Assembly: GCA_951406725.2 (NCBI GenBank)
Contig: OX597836.1
Coordinates: 8,866,001 to 8,930,000, forward strand
DNA: 64,000 nt
Direction of reading: 5' to 3'
DNA from: Octopus vulgaris
Lineage: Eukaryota
Position numbers and translations under genes: made by a program. This document shows, one piece after another, positions 12,551 through 26,290 of this stretch. Below the pieces are notes generated by a model. The model made no database searches. It saw nothing but the letters and a program-made list of their open reading frames with translations, and was not told the origin of the DNA. Numbering within the stretch: position 1 is the first letter of the stretch; every line of letters starts with the position of its first letter.

Positions 12551-12689
12551 CACACATGGAACAAGCAGACACAAAGCCATCTCTCGAGTATCGCGGGTGT
12601 CACGTTCCAAAACCTCCTACAGAAAAAAAATGCAAATACCTAACGGTAGCAGAAACCCGCGATATACTGAGAATTCCGCGATATAAATT

Positions 12690-13157
12690 TACATATTAGC
12701 CAGAAAAATTTACGATGCATTGAGTGCGCGATAGGTTAACCGCGATGTTCTGAGTGCGCGATAGGTGAACCGGCGATGTCCTGAGTGCGCGATAGGGGAA
12801 CCGCGATGTACGTATAGAGAAAGTGTGAGAGAGTAAAGGAGACACAGAGTTAACATAACAGGTGCTGAGTGGATGGAGAGACAATCATAGAAAGAGGACG
12901 TGAGGCGGAGAGGAAGTATGGCACAGTGGTTATAGATGAGAGAAAGTGAGAGAAATCATAAATTTGTTTTGTTTAATTTTACTTTAAATGAATGATTCCG
13001 TGTTGGAAATTATTTCATTTCATCATTTTGTGATGGACCAAGATTTTTCATAGAATTTATATCGTAACTATTGTATGTATGTCATATTTCCTGGTGTTAC
13101 CCACGATGACAATAGCGCACTTCCAAAGTTATCCGTCATATGACGGGTAACACACTA

Positions 13158-13158
<1 letters not shown>
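12690..13158 (+). mobile_element. Non-autonomous Helitron 3' end with internal 30-bp tandem repeats
   Basis: Hairpin CCGTCATATGACGG then CTAG|T at 13155-13159; three TGAGTGCGCGATAGG units at 12722-12810; 5' boundary uncertain. Confidence 0.7.
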
Positions 13159-13227
<69 letters not shown>

Positions 13228-15604
13228 GCTGAGTACATGTTTGTGTTGGTATGAGGGACGCCAATATATGTACACTCTACTACAACAATGTTTTCAGTGA
13301 CCTTAAGTCCTATTCCTGTAAATGTCACCCCCAACCCTTACGCTCGAGTAACTTAATGTCAAAGGTGAATGTGTGAACCAGGTTGTAATAGTTCGAGTCC
13401 AAGAGATTATCGTTTTTCGTTTCGTTGTAATTTGTTTTTTGTTTGATTTTTTTTTTGTTTTATTTTATTGTTTGGTGATTTTTTATTTTTTATTTTCGAG
13501 AGGATGAGGGCGTGAGGACATGCTGCACTTATAAAGTGATTTTCACAAGAAAATGTTGGCTATTTACTTTTAAATAGTGCATTGTTTGTTCGAAGATTTT
13601 ATATATGTGTGTGTGTATGTATATGAGAGCGAAAGAGTGTCATTTTTGTAGGAGAGAGGGTTAGAAGGACGAGTTATGGAAAATCTTGGTGAAGGGAAAG
13701 AATAGAAGTGAAATAGAAAGATACAGACTTAGATAAGCAGATAGATAGAGAGAAAGGCAGATAGATATAGAGAGATAGAGATAGATAGACAGAGAGATAG
13801 AGGCAGATAGATAGATATAGAGCGATAGTTAGATAGATATGCAGATAGATGGATAGATAGATAGAATGACTGAGAAATGTCGCTGGGGGAAAGAGCAGAA
13901 AGGGCATAATCAAATGGGGTGGCGATAAAGATGATGAGAGGGTGAGGTAGCTACAAAGGGTAAGTGGTAGAGATAAAGAGGAAATAAGAGAAATAGGAAA
14001 TAGATCATAGATAAAGTGTGTGTGTGTGTGTGAGAGAGAGAGGGTTTATTTGTGTGGGTACCGTAGAGAAAAAGATGAAAAGGACAGAATAAAATGGCCA
14101 AGAACAAATGTGTGAAAAACTAGAGTGGAAGCGGAGAATTATTCAAACGATACCAGTGTTTTGAGAGTTTTCGTTCTTTTTGTAATGGCGACCATTATGT
14201 GCTCTTGTATCTAAATCGCCCACTTCCAATTATTATGCATTTTCATGTCACCGAAGACTGTGTTTTCAATTCCCGCCTATGATATCTCTAGTAATAACAA
14301 CTGTTAAATTTTCCTTCACCACCACAGGCACAAGACTTTGGGGTCTTCCTTGTTTGTTTGTTTGTTTTTTTTTTTGTAGGGAGTATGTTTTATGAATTAT
14401 TAGTAGCAGTAGAGTACCCATGGTACTACTCGGGGCTTCTGAGATTAGTGGTGGGAAAAGAAAGGACATTAGCCTGTCAGTGGAAGATGGACAGTGTACA
14501 CGATACATTTCAGGGCCTCCGTCATTGGTAAGAGAGGGAAGACGTTAGATTGACGGTGGAAGACGAACTGTACCATTGGTACTTTTCAGGGTCTCCGACA
14601 TTGGTGGCAGGAATGGAGGGTCGTTAGTTTCGGGGCAGAGATTTGACCTCGATATTCGTAACATGATGGACCCCATTCAAGAGAACCCTAGGGCCTGATG
14701 GCGATGCTAAACTGGGCGACAGAATATAAATCTAAGACCCCCCCCCAAAAAAAAAAGCAAGAACGGTTCGACACAGTTTCCACTTACCAAATTTCATTCA
14801 CAACCTGAATTTGTAGTTTTAGGCGTGCTATAAGATGAAGACATCGTAGGTTAAAATAAGATGTTCTTTTCTATCAAATATCAATGACATATTGCAAGTG
14901 AGAAGCTGCAACTTTCATAATCTACGATCCAAACTCTCATCATAAAAGGAATTCATAAAACGAAGACGACGTCTTTTGGGGGTTAGATTGTACCCTAATT
15001 CTTGTTTGACCCTAGGTCATTCCTGGTCCAGTAAACAAGACCAATGATCAAAAGCATATATGTACATATTTGTGCATAATCTTCAAGTTGTGTCCTACAC
15101 AAGATCACTGGCTGTTCAGAATCATGCTTTCGACAGTTGTGGCGAATACGGAATCATATTTATGTTTTCAAATCTGGTCGTAAAATTAGGCCTACAAAAG
15201 TTTTTTTTTGTTTTTTCGGCAGCTTTAGGTAGTGATAAAACCCGACCGCTTACCGCTGTCATTACAGCTCGTTAAGTTTCGCCAACACCTCTCCTTCGCG
15301 AGACACAAACAGCAAGTAGAAACTTACTTGTTAAAATGACAGGAAGATATGTGGAACACTGAAGTCGTTGGCACAATGCTACAGCTCAATGTTAACAGCC
15401 CAACAATAGCGATTAGATTATAACATGGCTGGTGAATAAGTATATATACACGGCGACGGCGTATGCATTTAGTCTCACCGAATCTAACCCCATGTTGCTC
15501 TGATACCCTACTTATTCAGCGATTTTTTTCAGAAAATTTTGCTCGGGGCCGTCTCAGCATCATTACCTGCCCCTGAAGAGTGGAATACAATAGAATTTAT
15601 AGTA

Positions 15605-16170
15605 TTGGGTTGTCCGGAAAGTTCGTGCCGATTTATAGTAACTTACCTTTCGTCTTATTTTAGAACATGGTTGAGTCCATAAAGCAGGATTTGACTACAT
15701 CTCCATTTAGAGCACAGTTTAAGCTATCTTTTCGTGGAAGAAGGTTTATGTTCCTATAACCTGTGTTAATTCTGTAACCCTTTAAAATGGAAGATAAGAA
15801 AGTTCATTTTCGGCACTTGATGCTTTGGGAACCACACAAAAATTGCTGCAGCTCGGCTGGGATGTGTTACCCCACCCTCCATATTCACCAGATATTGCTC
15901 CTTCGGATTTCCACTTATTCAGGTCTCTGCAGAATAGTTTTAATAGTAAAAATTTAAATTCCTTGGATGACGTAAAAAGATACCTTGATTAATTCTTTGC
16001 CATGAAACCACCTCAATTCTGGGAAGAGGGTATTTTCAAGTTAAAGGAACGATGGAGACGCATTGTGCAACAAAATGGTTCATATTTGGTTGATTAAAAA
16101 TGTAATGGCAAGTATTTATTAACCTTTTTCTTTCCTTTAAAAATCGGCACGAACTTTCCAGACGACCCAA
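15605..16170 (+). mobile_element. Internally deleted mariner element
   Basis: TIRs TTGGGTTGTCCGGAAAGTTCGTGCCGATTT / AAATCGGCACGAACTTTCCAGACGACCCAA with TA on both sides; N-terminal [13 protein letters not shown] fused to C-terminal [39 protein letters not shown]. Confidence 0.95.
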
Positions 16171-17178
16171 TATCTATTGCCAGGAAGTCACAGAATATAT
16201 AGATTAGAATTGGGCCCTTAGACTCCCAGAAGTCCCTGGCAAACATCCACTGCACCCACCATGCCTTATCATAGCACTGCTTTTGTTAACCTTTACGTTC
16301 TGAGTTGAAAATACTCTGCTGCAAGATTTCAGATCAGGTGACTGGCCTAGGAATAAAACAGCAAGTCATTTCTTCCTGTTTTCCCCACCCTTCATCGGTC
16401 ATCACTTTCAGGTACCTTACAAATGTTTTAGCCACTGATCTGCTTACTCCTTTTGCTTACTTGAAGTACCAGTGAAGTAATGAGATACGGTATAATTGTC
16501 TACAGCCACTATCAAAAACGAAAAAGGAAGAAAAAAAAAAACGTGTCCTTTTATACATGTTAGAAATAAATATATTTACTTTGAATTTAACATTTGTACG
16601 TTGTTACTTCGACTGACAGAAGACATAAAATGTGAGCAAACAGGATTTCTTCTTCCCTTATCTGCGTTGGTCATGTGATAGATCGTCTGCTCTATCCATT
16701 TTGGTATGTGATACTGTGTATCGTCTGCTCTGTATGCGTTTACAGAAACCTGTTATCTCTCTCATACGGAAAGAACTTTGCTCAGGAATATAATACAATG
16801 CAACTAGTGTGTGCGTGTGTGTGAAAAAATTTAACTGAATTTCCCGTTCTCTTTGATCTACACTCTGTAATTTGTCCAAATCAAAATCGGACGAACTGTT
16901 AATACTTGATTGAAAGTTGAACACACTTGGATATGCAAGGAGGTTTCTGCAACAATTATTATGCCATCTTATTCGAAATGGTAACTGTTTAACACACTCT
17001 CACTCAAATATAGAGAAAGTGAGAGAGAGCCAAGTAGGCATACGTGTACAATTATCTACACGCAAACAACACATACATACGAGCGGTAACAAATATATAG
17101 ACGCTCTTCTATGAACACTTAAAATTATACAAACCCATATATCTCGAAAGTTAAACACCACACACACACACATACATA

Positions 17179-17405
17179 CAGGGTGTCCATAAATTACCTT
17201 TGCAATTTGAAAAATTCAGAGAAAAAGGCAACACATAAGTATAACTCAGCAGGTTGCGTGCAACCAATGGAGCCTACGTGGAAATGTTGTGATATTTCTA
17301 ATAAAACTTTATTTGTCTCTGTTTTCTAATAAACTCTGCCGAGTTTTCATTATTCTTTTGTTTTTTCTTTCTGAATTTTTCAAATTGTAAAGATAATTTA
17401 TGGAC

Positions 17406-17411
<6 letters not shown>
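17179..17411. mobile_element. Tc1/mariner-type MITE
   Basis: ~42-bp TIRs CAGGGTGTCCATAAATTACCTTTGCAATTTGAAAAATTCAGA and TCTGAATTTTTCAAATTGTAAAGATAATTTATGGACACCCT; TA flanks. Confidence 0.85.
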
Positions 17412-17465
<54 letters not shown>

Positions 17466-17531
17466 TACACGTTTACGTACATATACATTCGGTCAAGGTG
17501 ACACAATTTATCAAACACGCAAGTGCTTTTA

Positions 17532-17596
<65 letters not shown>

Positions 17597-17695
17597 TGGA
17601 ATGTACTTATGTAAATTCCTTAAAAATTACGAAGATACTTTCTAAAATAGCCTTTACTGTCAATATATACGTTTTAAATATGTGTGTATGTACGC

Positions 17696-17726
<31 letters not shown>

Positions 17727-18110
17727 ACATACGTGTGTGTGGATTTGTGAAGGTATGTCATCAGCTGGATAAAGAAGCGTGTAATTTCAATACTGTGTGT
17801 TTGTGTGCGAATGTACATAGAAATGCTATATGCTTATGTGTGCGTGTGTATGTGTGTGTGTGTAAATGCGTGTATGCTTGCAGTGGTGATATATGTATTT
17901 ATGTAATCAGGTGAATGTATAAAAAAAAGGGGGTAAGATAAGTAGGTTAGAGGAGAAGACTAAAACATTACTTAGAACGCCTCAAATCGCCTCCAGGCAT
18001 TCTAGCTTGCTTTTGTAAAACTGAAGAATGTCAGAATGTGTGTATTACGCGCACATACATATATATGAGAGAGAGAGAGGGAGGGAGGGTGGTGGTAGTA
18101 GAAGAATGAG

Positions 18111-18158
<48 letters not shown>

Positions 18159-18217
18159 GTATATATATGTATGTATATATATGTATATGTATGTATATAT
18201 ATGTATATATATGTATA

Positions 18218-18266
<49 letters not shown>

Positions 18267-18267
18267 G

Positions 18268-18298
<31 letters not shown>

Positions 18299-18324
18299 AT
18301 ATATATTATATATATATGTATATA

Positions 18325-18570
18325 CTAGCACAATACCCGTTGAAAATTAGTGGGTAAATTTATCTCCCTTTAGTGATTCTTAATCTTTTGCTTTTTTGCT
18401 TTGTTTTATTTTGCAGTATTATCGTATTGATAATTGATTTCTCCAAATAACTTTTATATATTTTTCTGCAGTTCGAAGTCGATCAGTTCCTCGGTGACAG
18501 AATATTTTCTTCGGTTAAACTTGGTTATGTAGTTCTTATTTGAAATGTCCCTTCATTATTTTAAACTCGT
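18325..18570 (-). mobile_element. Helitron 3' end fragment (second copy starts near 18830)
   Basis: A|CTAG terminus plus imperfect hairpin ACCCG..GGGT; homologous start at 18829-18897. Confidence 0.6.
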
Positions 18571-18596
18571 ATATATATATATATATATATATATAT

Positions 18597-18770
18597 GTCG
18601 CCATGATAGATCGGTAGCCACTACACCCATTTTTTTCTGTGCCGCTTTCTCTAGAAGAGCGTAGGCTCGAAACGTAAAAGACTTTTTCAATTCCTGAGCG
18701 TTATACTAATACATCTGTTTGTTTTGTACACCACCTGTCTTCGTCTTTTGTTTTTTTCGTGATCTCCCCC
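18597..18770 (+). mobile_element. Short TA-embedded element with a degenerate minimal hammerhead (18645-18680)
   Basis: CTTT-CTCTAGA-A-GAGC-GTAG-GCTC-GAAAC-GTA-AAAG; the first core box is non-canonical. Confidence 0.4.
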
Positions 18771-18830
<60 letters not shown>

Positions 18831-19032
18831 TAGCACGATACTCGTCGAAAATTACCTGGTAAATTTTTTGTCTCTCTTTAGTGATTCTTATTCTTCCTGG
18901 AATCGAAACCACAGTCTTACGATCATAGCTCCAACACCCCAAACCACTAAACCACGAGCCTCCATACATGTTAGAAATGATGTAACATAAGTAATAATTA
19001 ATATAATGGGATTGTACAGTAATATTGTATGT

Positions 19033-19343
19033 TGTTGTTGCTTGTTCCTTCTCGAGCCATCCCTGGCTCATAAGGGCCGGTTTCCCGGTTTCCTTGGTGT
19101 ATACGTTCCCCACCTGGACGGGACGCCGGTCCGTCGCAAGTGAGCTGCAAGATGCAGGAGGAAAGAGTGAGAGAGAAAGTTGTGGCGAAAGAGTCAGCAG
19201 AAGCTCGCCATTACCTTCTGCCGGGGCCGCTTGGAGCTTAGCTGTTTTGCTCATAAACACACACATCGCTCGGGCTGAGATTCGAACCCGCGTTCCCTCG
19301 ACCGCGAGTCCGCTGCTCTAACCACTAGGCCATGTACCTCCAC
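19033..19343 (-). mobile_element. tRNA-derived SINE family C with V-domain-like 3' part and 13-bp TSD
   Basis: A box TGGCCTAGTGGTTAG, B box GGTTCGAATC, GCGACGGACCGGCGTCCCGTCCAGG, (CAA)n tail; TSD TAATATTGTATGT at 19020-19032 and 19344-19356. Confidence 0.9.
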
Positions 19344-19619
19344 TAATATTGTATGTATATTTATAGAATGAATTCTGTGTAACTGTATGTAATGTAATCT
19401 ATTTGTGCCGTATGGGGGAGTGTTTCGAAAGGAATACATTTAATTTTATATATTGTATGTAGAAACGTACATATGCACTTTTTAGCCTAAATATTAGCCA
19501 CGCGCCTCCGCCATATGTTGAAATGCATATGTATAAAGCACAGCACACTGTAAATCGCAAAAGAAATAAATTTAACCCTTTCACGGCGAAATGAAATCTC
19601 ATGCTTATGAAATGGTAGA

Positions 19620-19996
19620 CGCGGGCGTGGCTGTGTGGTAAGAAGCTTGCTTCCCAACCACAGGGTTCCGGATTCAGTCCCATTGCGTGGCACGTTGGTC
19701 ATGTGCTTTCTACTACAGCCTCGGGCCTACCAATGCCTTGTGAGTGGTTTTGGTAAATGGAAACTGAAAGAAGCCCGTCCTATACATATATATATATTAT
19801 TTTATTTGTTTCGGTCATTTGACTGCGGCCATGCTGGAGCACCGCATTTATTCGGACAACTCGACCCCAAGATTTATTCTTTGTAAGCCCAGTACGTATT
19901 CTATCGGTCTCATTTACCGAACCGCTAGCTTACGGGGACGTAAACACACAAACATCGGTTGTCAAGCGATGGTGGGCACACACACATGTACGTATA

Positions 19997-20032
<36 letters not shown>

Positions 20033-20395
20033 CACATACACACACACAACAGGCTTCATTCAGTTTCCATCTACCAAATCCACTCACAAGGCTATAGTAG
20101 AAGACATTTGCCCAAGCTGCCACGCAGTGGAACTGAACCCCGAACCATGTGGTTGGGAAGCAAGCTTCTTGCTACACAGACATTTATTTGTGTGTGTTTG
20201 TCTCTGCACCATCGCTTCACAACCGATGCTGGTGTGTCTACGTCCCCGTAACTTATCGCTTCGGCAAAAAGGGGACCGATAGAATAAGTACTAAGCTTAC
20301 AGGGACTAAGTCCCGGGGTCGATTTCTTAGACTAAACGCCTCTAAGGCGTTGCTCCAGCATGGCCGCAGTCAAATGACTGAAACAAGTGAAACAA
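19620..20395. mobile_element. Nested SINE A: plus-strand copy (19620-19790 and 20185-20395) interrupted by a minus-strand copy (~19803-20172)
   Basis: Collinear halves of family A flank an inverted family A copy at the internal TA/TG tract. Confidence 0.8.
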
Positions 20396-20724
20396 ATAAA
20401 TGAAATTCTAATTATGATATTAAAGATTAGCCAAAAAAAGTAGACTTGTTATTTTCTGCAAATCTCGTTGCCTCAGTAAAACTGACATATGGCAACAAGA
20501 AAACAAAATAATAGTTTCAAACACGACATTCTTCAACAAAAATTAGAATTGTACACAAATCTGCTTTCCACAATTAAGGGGAACGAAATTTTGAGTGGAA
20601 ATGTCTGATTTCCGCAGTAAAAGGATTAAACATTACAGAAGGTCGTTGCAGGTTAACATATTCCTTCTCGTACGTCAATAACAAAGAAAGAATGTGACAG
20701 AATTCCTGTTTAACCTACAGTCAA

Positions 20725-20799
<75 letters not shown>

Positions 20800-20851
20800 A
20801 CCTATCTATACCTATCTATCTATACCTATCTATCTATACCTATCTATCTAC

Positions 20852-20888
<37 letters not shown>

Positions 20889-21150
20889 CCGCGAGTGTCG
20901 CGTTGCTCTCAAGCAACTCTGCCGTCCTGGGTCGACCTTAAGTGACTTCAACACAACCAAAGCATTCTATAGGGGTTTAGTGGAGGAGGTAATTATTATT
21001 TTTTTTGTTCTTTTCTTCCCGAGGAGTACGATCCCGCTTGATCAGGACGACTTTCGCCACCCCCTTTTTCATCCCCCAAAAGAAAAGCTCTACCTTCGGG
21101 ATAAGCTTGTCCCATCTGTGTGCAGCCCTGTGTGGCCAGAGCGACGAAAC
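20889..21150 (+). mobile_element. Tx1-like LINE 3' UTR fragment
   Basis: Shares AAAGAAAAGCTCTACCTT..CATCTGTGTGCAGCCCTGTGTGGCC..GAAAC with 21288-21908. Confidence 0.8.
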
Positions 21151-21197
<47 letters not shown>

Positions 21198-21287
21198 CGT
21201 GTGGGACTGTCTAATTATCTATCTATCTGTCTAATTATCTATCTATCTATCTATCTGTCTAATTATCTATCTATCTGTCTAATTATC

Positions 21288-21695
21288 CTATTATGGCGAA
21301 AGAATGTATCTGGTGGACGCGTCTGAAAGGATTGGAGACAAACACTTTCCTCTCTGGTCAATCTCTCATCAACTTCTTCAAGTACCACTTGAAAAGGAAA
21401 GTGAGAGTAGAGAGGCAAGTTTTGTCTAGCGAATGTTTTAAAAAAAGATGGGTGAATGTAGCAAGAATGGCACGTATGAATGACGAAGCCACCTTGAGCA
21501 TAGTCCTATGAACCCAGAAATCGAAAACAGAGAGTTGCTTATTTGCAAAAAAAAAAAAAAAAAGAAATATAAAATGTGACATCATTGACCGAGGTTACCG
21601 TGGTCTTTTCCGTAGGCTTTTCTTTGCACGGGTAAACCTCACCTGTCCTCCCCTTTACACTTCATATTGACATTTCTGTGATAACGATCCCTATT

Positions 21696-21729
<34 letters not shown>

Positions 21730-21908
21730 CTCTCCCCCTTTTTTTTTAACCCCCCTTTTTTTGTCCTCTTTCTCTCCTTTTACGATCCCTTTTGATCGAA
21801 ACTCCCCCTTCCTTTTTTTTTTTTTTTTTTTCTTAAACCTTCAAAAGAAAAGCTCTACCTTGTAATTTGTTCTATCTGTGTGCAGCCCTGTGTGGCTAAT
21901 AAAGAAAC
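21288..21908 (+). mobile_element. 5'-truncated Tx1/L1-group non-LTR retrotransposon (ORF2 C-terminus plus 3' UTR)
   Basis: ORF 21293-21511 MAKECIWWTRLKG..FKKRW fits the AKxxIWxxR..FxxxW C-terminal pattern; T-rich UTR ends AATAAAGAAAC and runs into (TATC)n. Confidence 0.8.
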
Positions 21909-21949
21909 ATATCTATCTATCTATCTATTTATCTATCTATATCTATCTG

Positions 21950-22027
<78 letters not shown>

Positions 22028-22048
22028 GTCTGTCTGTCTGTCTATCTA

Positions 22049-22245
22049 TTTTTTTTCTTTTATTCTTTTTATTTTTTATTCTATTTTTTTTTTAATTATT
22101 ATTTTTTTTTTGTTCTTTTCTTCCCTTTTACGATCCCTCTTGATCGAAAACCTACGCCACCTCCTTTTTTTCATCCCCCAAAAGAAAAGCTCTACCTTGT
22201 AACTTGTCCCATCTGTGTGCAGCCCTGTGTGGCCAATAAAGAAAC
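22049..22245 (+). mobile_element. Tx1-like LINE 3' UTR fragment
   Basis: Same 3' end CAGCCCTGTGTGGCCAATAAAGAAAC followed by (TATC)n. Confidence 0.8.
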
Positions 22246-22299
<54 letters not shown>

Positions 22300-22612
22300 G
22301 TCTAATTATCTATCTATCTGTCTAATTATCTATCTATCTGTCTATCTGTCTAATTATCTATCTATCTGTCTATCTGTCTAATTATCTATCTATCTATCTA
22401 TCTGTCTAATTATCTATCTATCTGTCTAATTATATATCTGTCTCTGTCTAATTATCTATCTATCTGTTTATCTCTCTATCTATCTGTCTAATTATCTATC
22501 TATCTGTCTAATTATCTATCTATCTGTTTATCTATCTATCTATCTGTCTAATTATCTATCTATCTGTTTATCTATCTATCTATCTGTCTAATTATCTATC
22601 TATCTGTCTAAT

Positions 22613-22661
<49 letters not shown>

Positions 22662-22692
22662 CAACCCAGTGTGGCTAATAAACATATGTCTG

Positions 22693-22723
<31 letters not shown>

Positions 22724-23044
22724 CAGCCTAGTGTGGCTAATAAAGAAACATATATATATATATATATCTTATATACGCACTCTTGCGCGCGCTGCAATCG
22801 TATTGCGTAATTTTGTTCAACTAATTTCATTATTTTCAGTATAAATTATTCGTAATACAAATGGGACATTTTGGAAGTTAGAAGCTAATGGCGGATGCGA
22901 TGTAGTGCAATCGATAAAACAGTTGCCAAACTAGTGATAATTCCCATTAATATGTCGCGTAATCATTCATTTTCTATCTCAAATTGCTACTTATGAAGTC
23001 TTACATCTCTGTGCATGTGTTTTGTGTGTGTATTATTATACATA

Positions 23045-23433
23045 TCTCTTCTATATATAAAGCTGAAGTTGTCTGTGTATGGCAGGTTTGGTAGCCTTCA
23101 ACTAACACTTCTCCGAGACCCTGTGGCGCAAGTTGGCCAAAATTGAGAGTATGATAGAAGAAGGCTTGCTCTTCCTTCCGTAGAAGAAAAATTCAAATCG
23201 GACCATGTTATCACCAAAAATTATTTACATCAAAAAGGTTCTTTTTTTTCTGTGAAAATCCCTATTTTTTACGATTTTTTGACTGCTGTGTCGCCATTTT
23301 TCGGTGTATTTCAACCAGAAAAATGTTCACTTAAAGAGAATAACAAGCTACATAATGCAAAATTTTTACTTTTCAAAAATTCCAATTCTAAAGGGTCGAA
23401 ACAAACCCGAGCAACGCCGGGTGATGCTGCTAG
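23045..23433 (+). mobile_element. Non-autonomous Helitron, apparently complete
   Basis: 5' A|TC..CTATATATAAAG, 3' hairpin CCCGAGCAACGCCGGG, CTAG|T terminus. Confidence 0.85.
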
Positions 23434-23449
23434 TATATTATATTTTTAT

Positions 23450-24360
23450 CTTATTTCAGTAATTCGACTGCGGCCATGCTGAGGCACCGCCTAAAGGGTC
23501 TAGTCAAACATATAGCTCCCAGTATATATTTTTAAGTCCTGATACATATACTATCAGTCTCTTTAATCCAACTGCAAAGTTACGGCTATGTAAGCAAACC
23601 AACATCGGTGGTCACGTGGTGGTGGTGGGCGGGGACAATCACACACACACATATGTACAGGACAGGCTTTTAAGCTTCCGTCTATCAAATCCACTCACAA
23701 GGTTTTGGTCAGCTCGGAGTTATAAGTAGGAGATACTTGCACAAGGTGCCACGCAGTGGGACTGAACCTGAAACCACGTGGTTGTAAAGAAATCTTCTTA
23801 CCACGCTTGCGCCTCTGCATGTTCTTTGTATATTTTTATATTTTTTCAGGCATTTCACCGCGGTACCGATTTAAAGGGATTTTAAAGAAATCAACCCCAG
23901 GACTTATTCTTTATAAGCCTATTATTCTATCGATATCTTTTGCCGAACCGCTAGGTTACGGGGACGTACACACACCGGTTGTCAAGCGATGGGTGGGGAA
24001 ACACACATACACACACACATATACATGCTTCCAGGTTCATTCCCACTGCGTGACACCTTGGGCAAGTGTCTTCTACTATAGTCCCGGGTCGACCAGTCTT
24101 GTGGGTGTATCTGGTAGACGGAAACTGAACGAACGAAGCCCGTCGTATATATAAATATGTATATGTTTGTATGTCTGTGTTTGTGCCCCCAACATCGCTT
24201 GACAACCGATGCTGGTGTGTTTACATCCCCGTCACTTAGCGGTTCGACAAGAGGGTCCGATAGTGTAAGTAGTAGGCTTACAAAGAATAAGTCCTGAGGG
24301 TGGATTTGTTCGACTAAAGGCGGTGCTTCAGCATGGCCGCAGTCAAATGACTGAAATAAA
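23450..24360. mobile_element. Cluster of SINE A copies (minus 23450-23815, minus 23850-24000, plus 24025-24360)
   Basis: Homology to 10-390. Confidence 0.8.
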
Positions 24361-24633
24361 ATAAAATAAAATATAAAAGAAAAATACGAGAGAAAGAGAG
24401 ATGATTTGTTCTACTTTAAGTTTCATGGTATAAGTTATTATTCAACTTTTTGGTAGCATCTATAAATGAACATGTTTGTTGTGTGTTAAATATAAAACCA
24501 TGAAACTCAAAGTCGGTAACCAGCTAGCTTGTATTTTTCCCCATATTTCTGACCCTGCATTTTTTGTCTTTTATCAGATTGTCAGAGAACGACGATGCGT
24601 GCGCATGCAAGTTTATACATGTATGCATATATA

Positions 24634-24684
<51 letters not shown>

Positions 24685-25109
24685 ATGTGCATGTATGTTT
24701 GCGAATGCTTATATGTATATATACTTGTATGTATGTATAAATTTGTATATATGTGTTTGTATAAGTGTCTGTGTATTCGACATGTGTGCGTGCAAGGAAT
24801 GTAATTCTTATGAAAAATAAAAAAAAATTGCAGTTCAACATGTTTTGTATTCGAAAATATAAATACGGACGCACGCGCGCCTGTCTGTCCGTCAGTCCAT
24901 CTGTCTGTCTGCCTGCCTGCCAGTCAGTCAGTCACATTTCTTTCTCTGTTGGGTAACGCGCATTAATTAACGTTTGAGTAAACGGGTGCCAACGGGTACA
25001 TCTCGTGTGCAGAAACAATTTAAAACTCGAAAACAAGCACTACGATGTTACGAGCCAAAACCCCGAGCATCGTAAGTTAGTTTTACAATACAAAACACAC
25101 AACATATAC

Positions 25110-25227
<118 letters not shown>

Positions 25228-25819
25228 GTATGTATATATATATGTATATATATATGTATATATATATGTACGTCGTCTGTTGCTTTTGGAATGTTCATAT
25301 TAGTTACGGCCCGTCAAACTTTAATGCTAAACAACGACGAGCAGTGAGGTTTTACGGTCAGGATTACAAGAGAGAGAGGGAGAGAAAGCGACCGGGAGAG
25401 AATAAAAACACATCAAGTAAGTCTCTATTGTGAGTCGCAGAAGGTTGTAAGGACTTGGGTAATTTCTATAGATTTCTTTTTCTTTTTTTTCACTGATACG
25501 TTTTTTGTTGGGTTTTTTGAGATTTTTTTTTTATTTTCTGCCATATCATTATTATTGTTATTGTTATTATTTTGATACGTAAACTGTGATATTTTTGTAA
25601 ATTTCTGAAAAACAAAAAAAAATTCAAAAATGGAAAAGCCAAACGGCTTCTTTCTCTTTTGGTTCCACCCCCCACCCCACCCTACAGCGAACTTAGACAA
25701 ACATTAATATATGCAAACACAATCTGTTACATTTTTAGCTAAATGCAAGGTCATATTTTATACAATAGAGTTTATAATTGGGTCGCAGAATATTAATAAT
25801 AATAATAATAATAATAATA

Positions 25820-26290
25820 ATCATTTCTACTATAGTAAAAGGCCTGAAATTTGGGGGCGCGGGATTGTCGATTACATCGACCCCCAGTACTCAACTGGTA
25901 TTTAATTTATCGACCGAAATGATAAGCAAAATCGACCTTGGTGGAATTTGAACTCAGAATGTAGCGACGGACGAAATACCTATTTCTTTACTACCCACAA
26001 GGGGCTAAACACAGAGAGGACAAACAAGGACAGACAAACGGATTAAGTCGATTATATCGACCCCAGTGCGTAACTGGTACTTAATTTAATCGACCCTGAA
26101 AGGATGAAAGGCAAAGTCGACCTCGGCGGAATTTGAACTCAGAACGTAACGGCAGACGAAATACCTATTTCTATTTCTTTACTACCCACAAGGGGCTAAA
26201 CACAGAGGCGACAAACAAGGACAGACAAACGGATTAAGTCAGTTATATCGACCCCAGTGCGTAACTGGTACTTATTTAATCGACCCCGAT
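25820..26290 (-). mobile_element. SINE family B multimer (two LINE-tailed units plus an old-tail unit)
   Basis: Repeated GAAATACC-TATTTCTTTACTACCCACAAGGGGCTAAAC junctions at ~25973 and ~26158. Confidence 0.85.

Larger units (their letters stand above)
20725..22765. repeat. (TATC)n array with TATCTGTCTAAT higher-order variants, interrupted by LINE 3' ends
   Basis: Direct inspection. Confidence 0.95.

Noticed and set aside
12722-12810. CRISPR-like 30-bp periodic repeats
   Set aside because: No unique spacers; internal tandem repeats of a Helitron-like element in eukaryotic DNA.
17595-17615. miR-1-like TGGAATGTA seed
   Set aside because: Match ends after 9 nt and no precursor hairpin is evident.
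19270-19343. tRNA gene
   Set aside because: The tRNA-like sequence is a SINE head followed by SINE body, tail and TSD.
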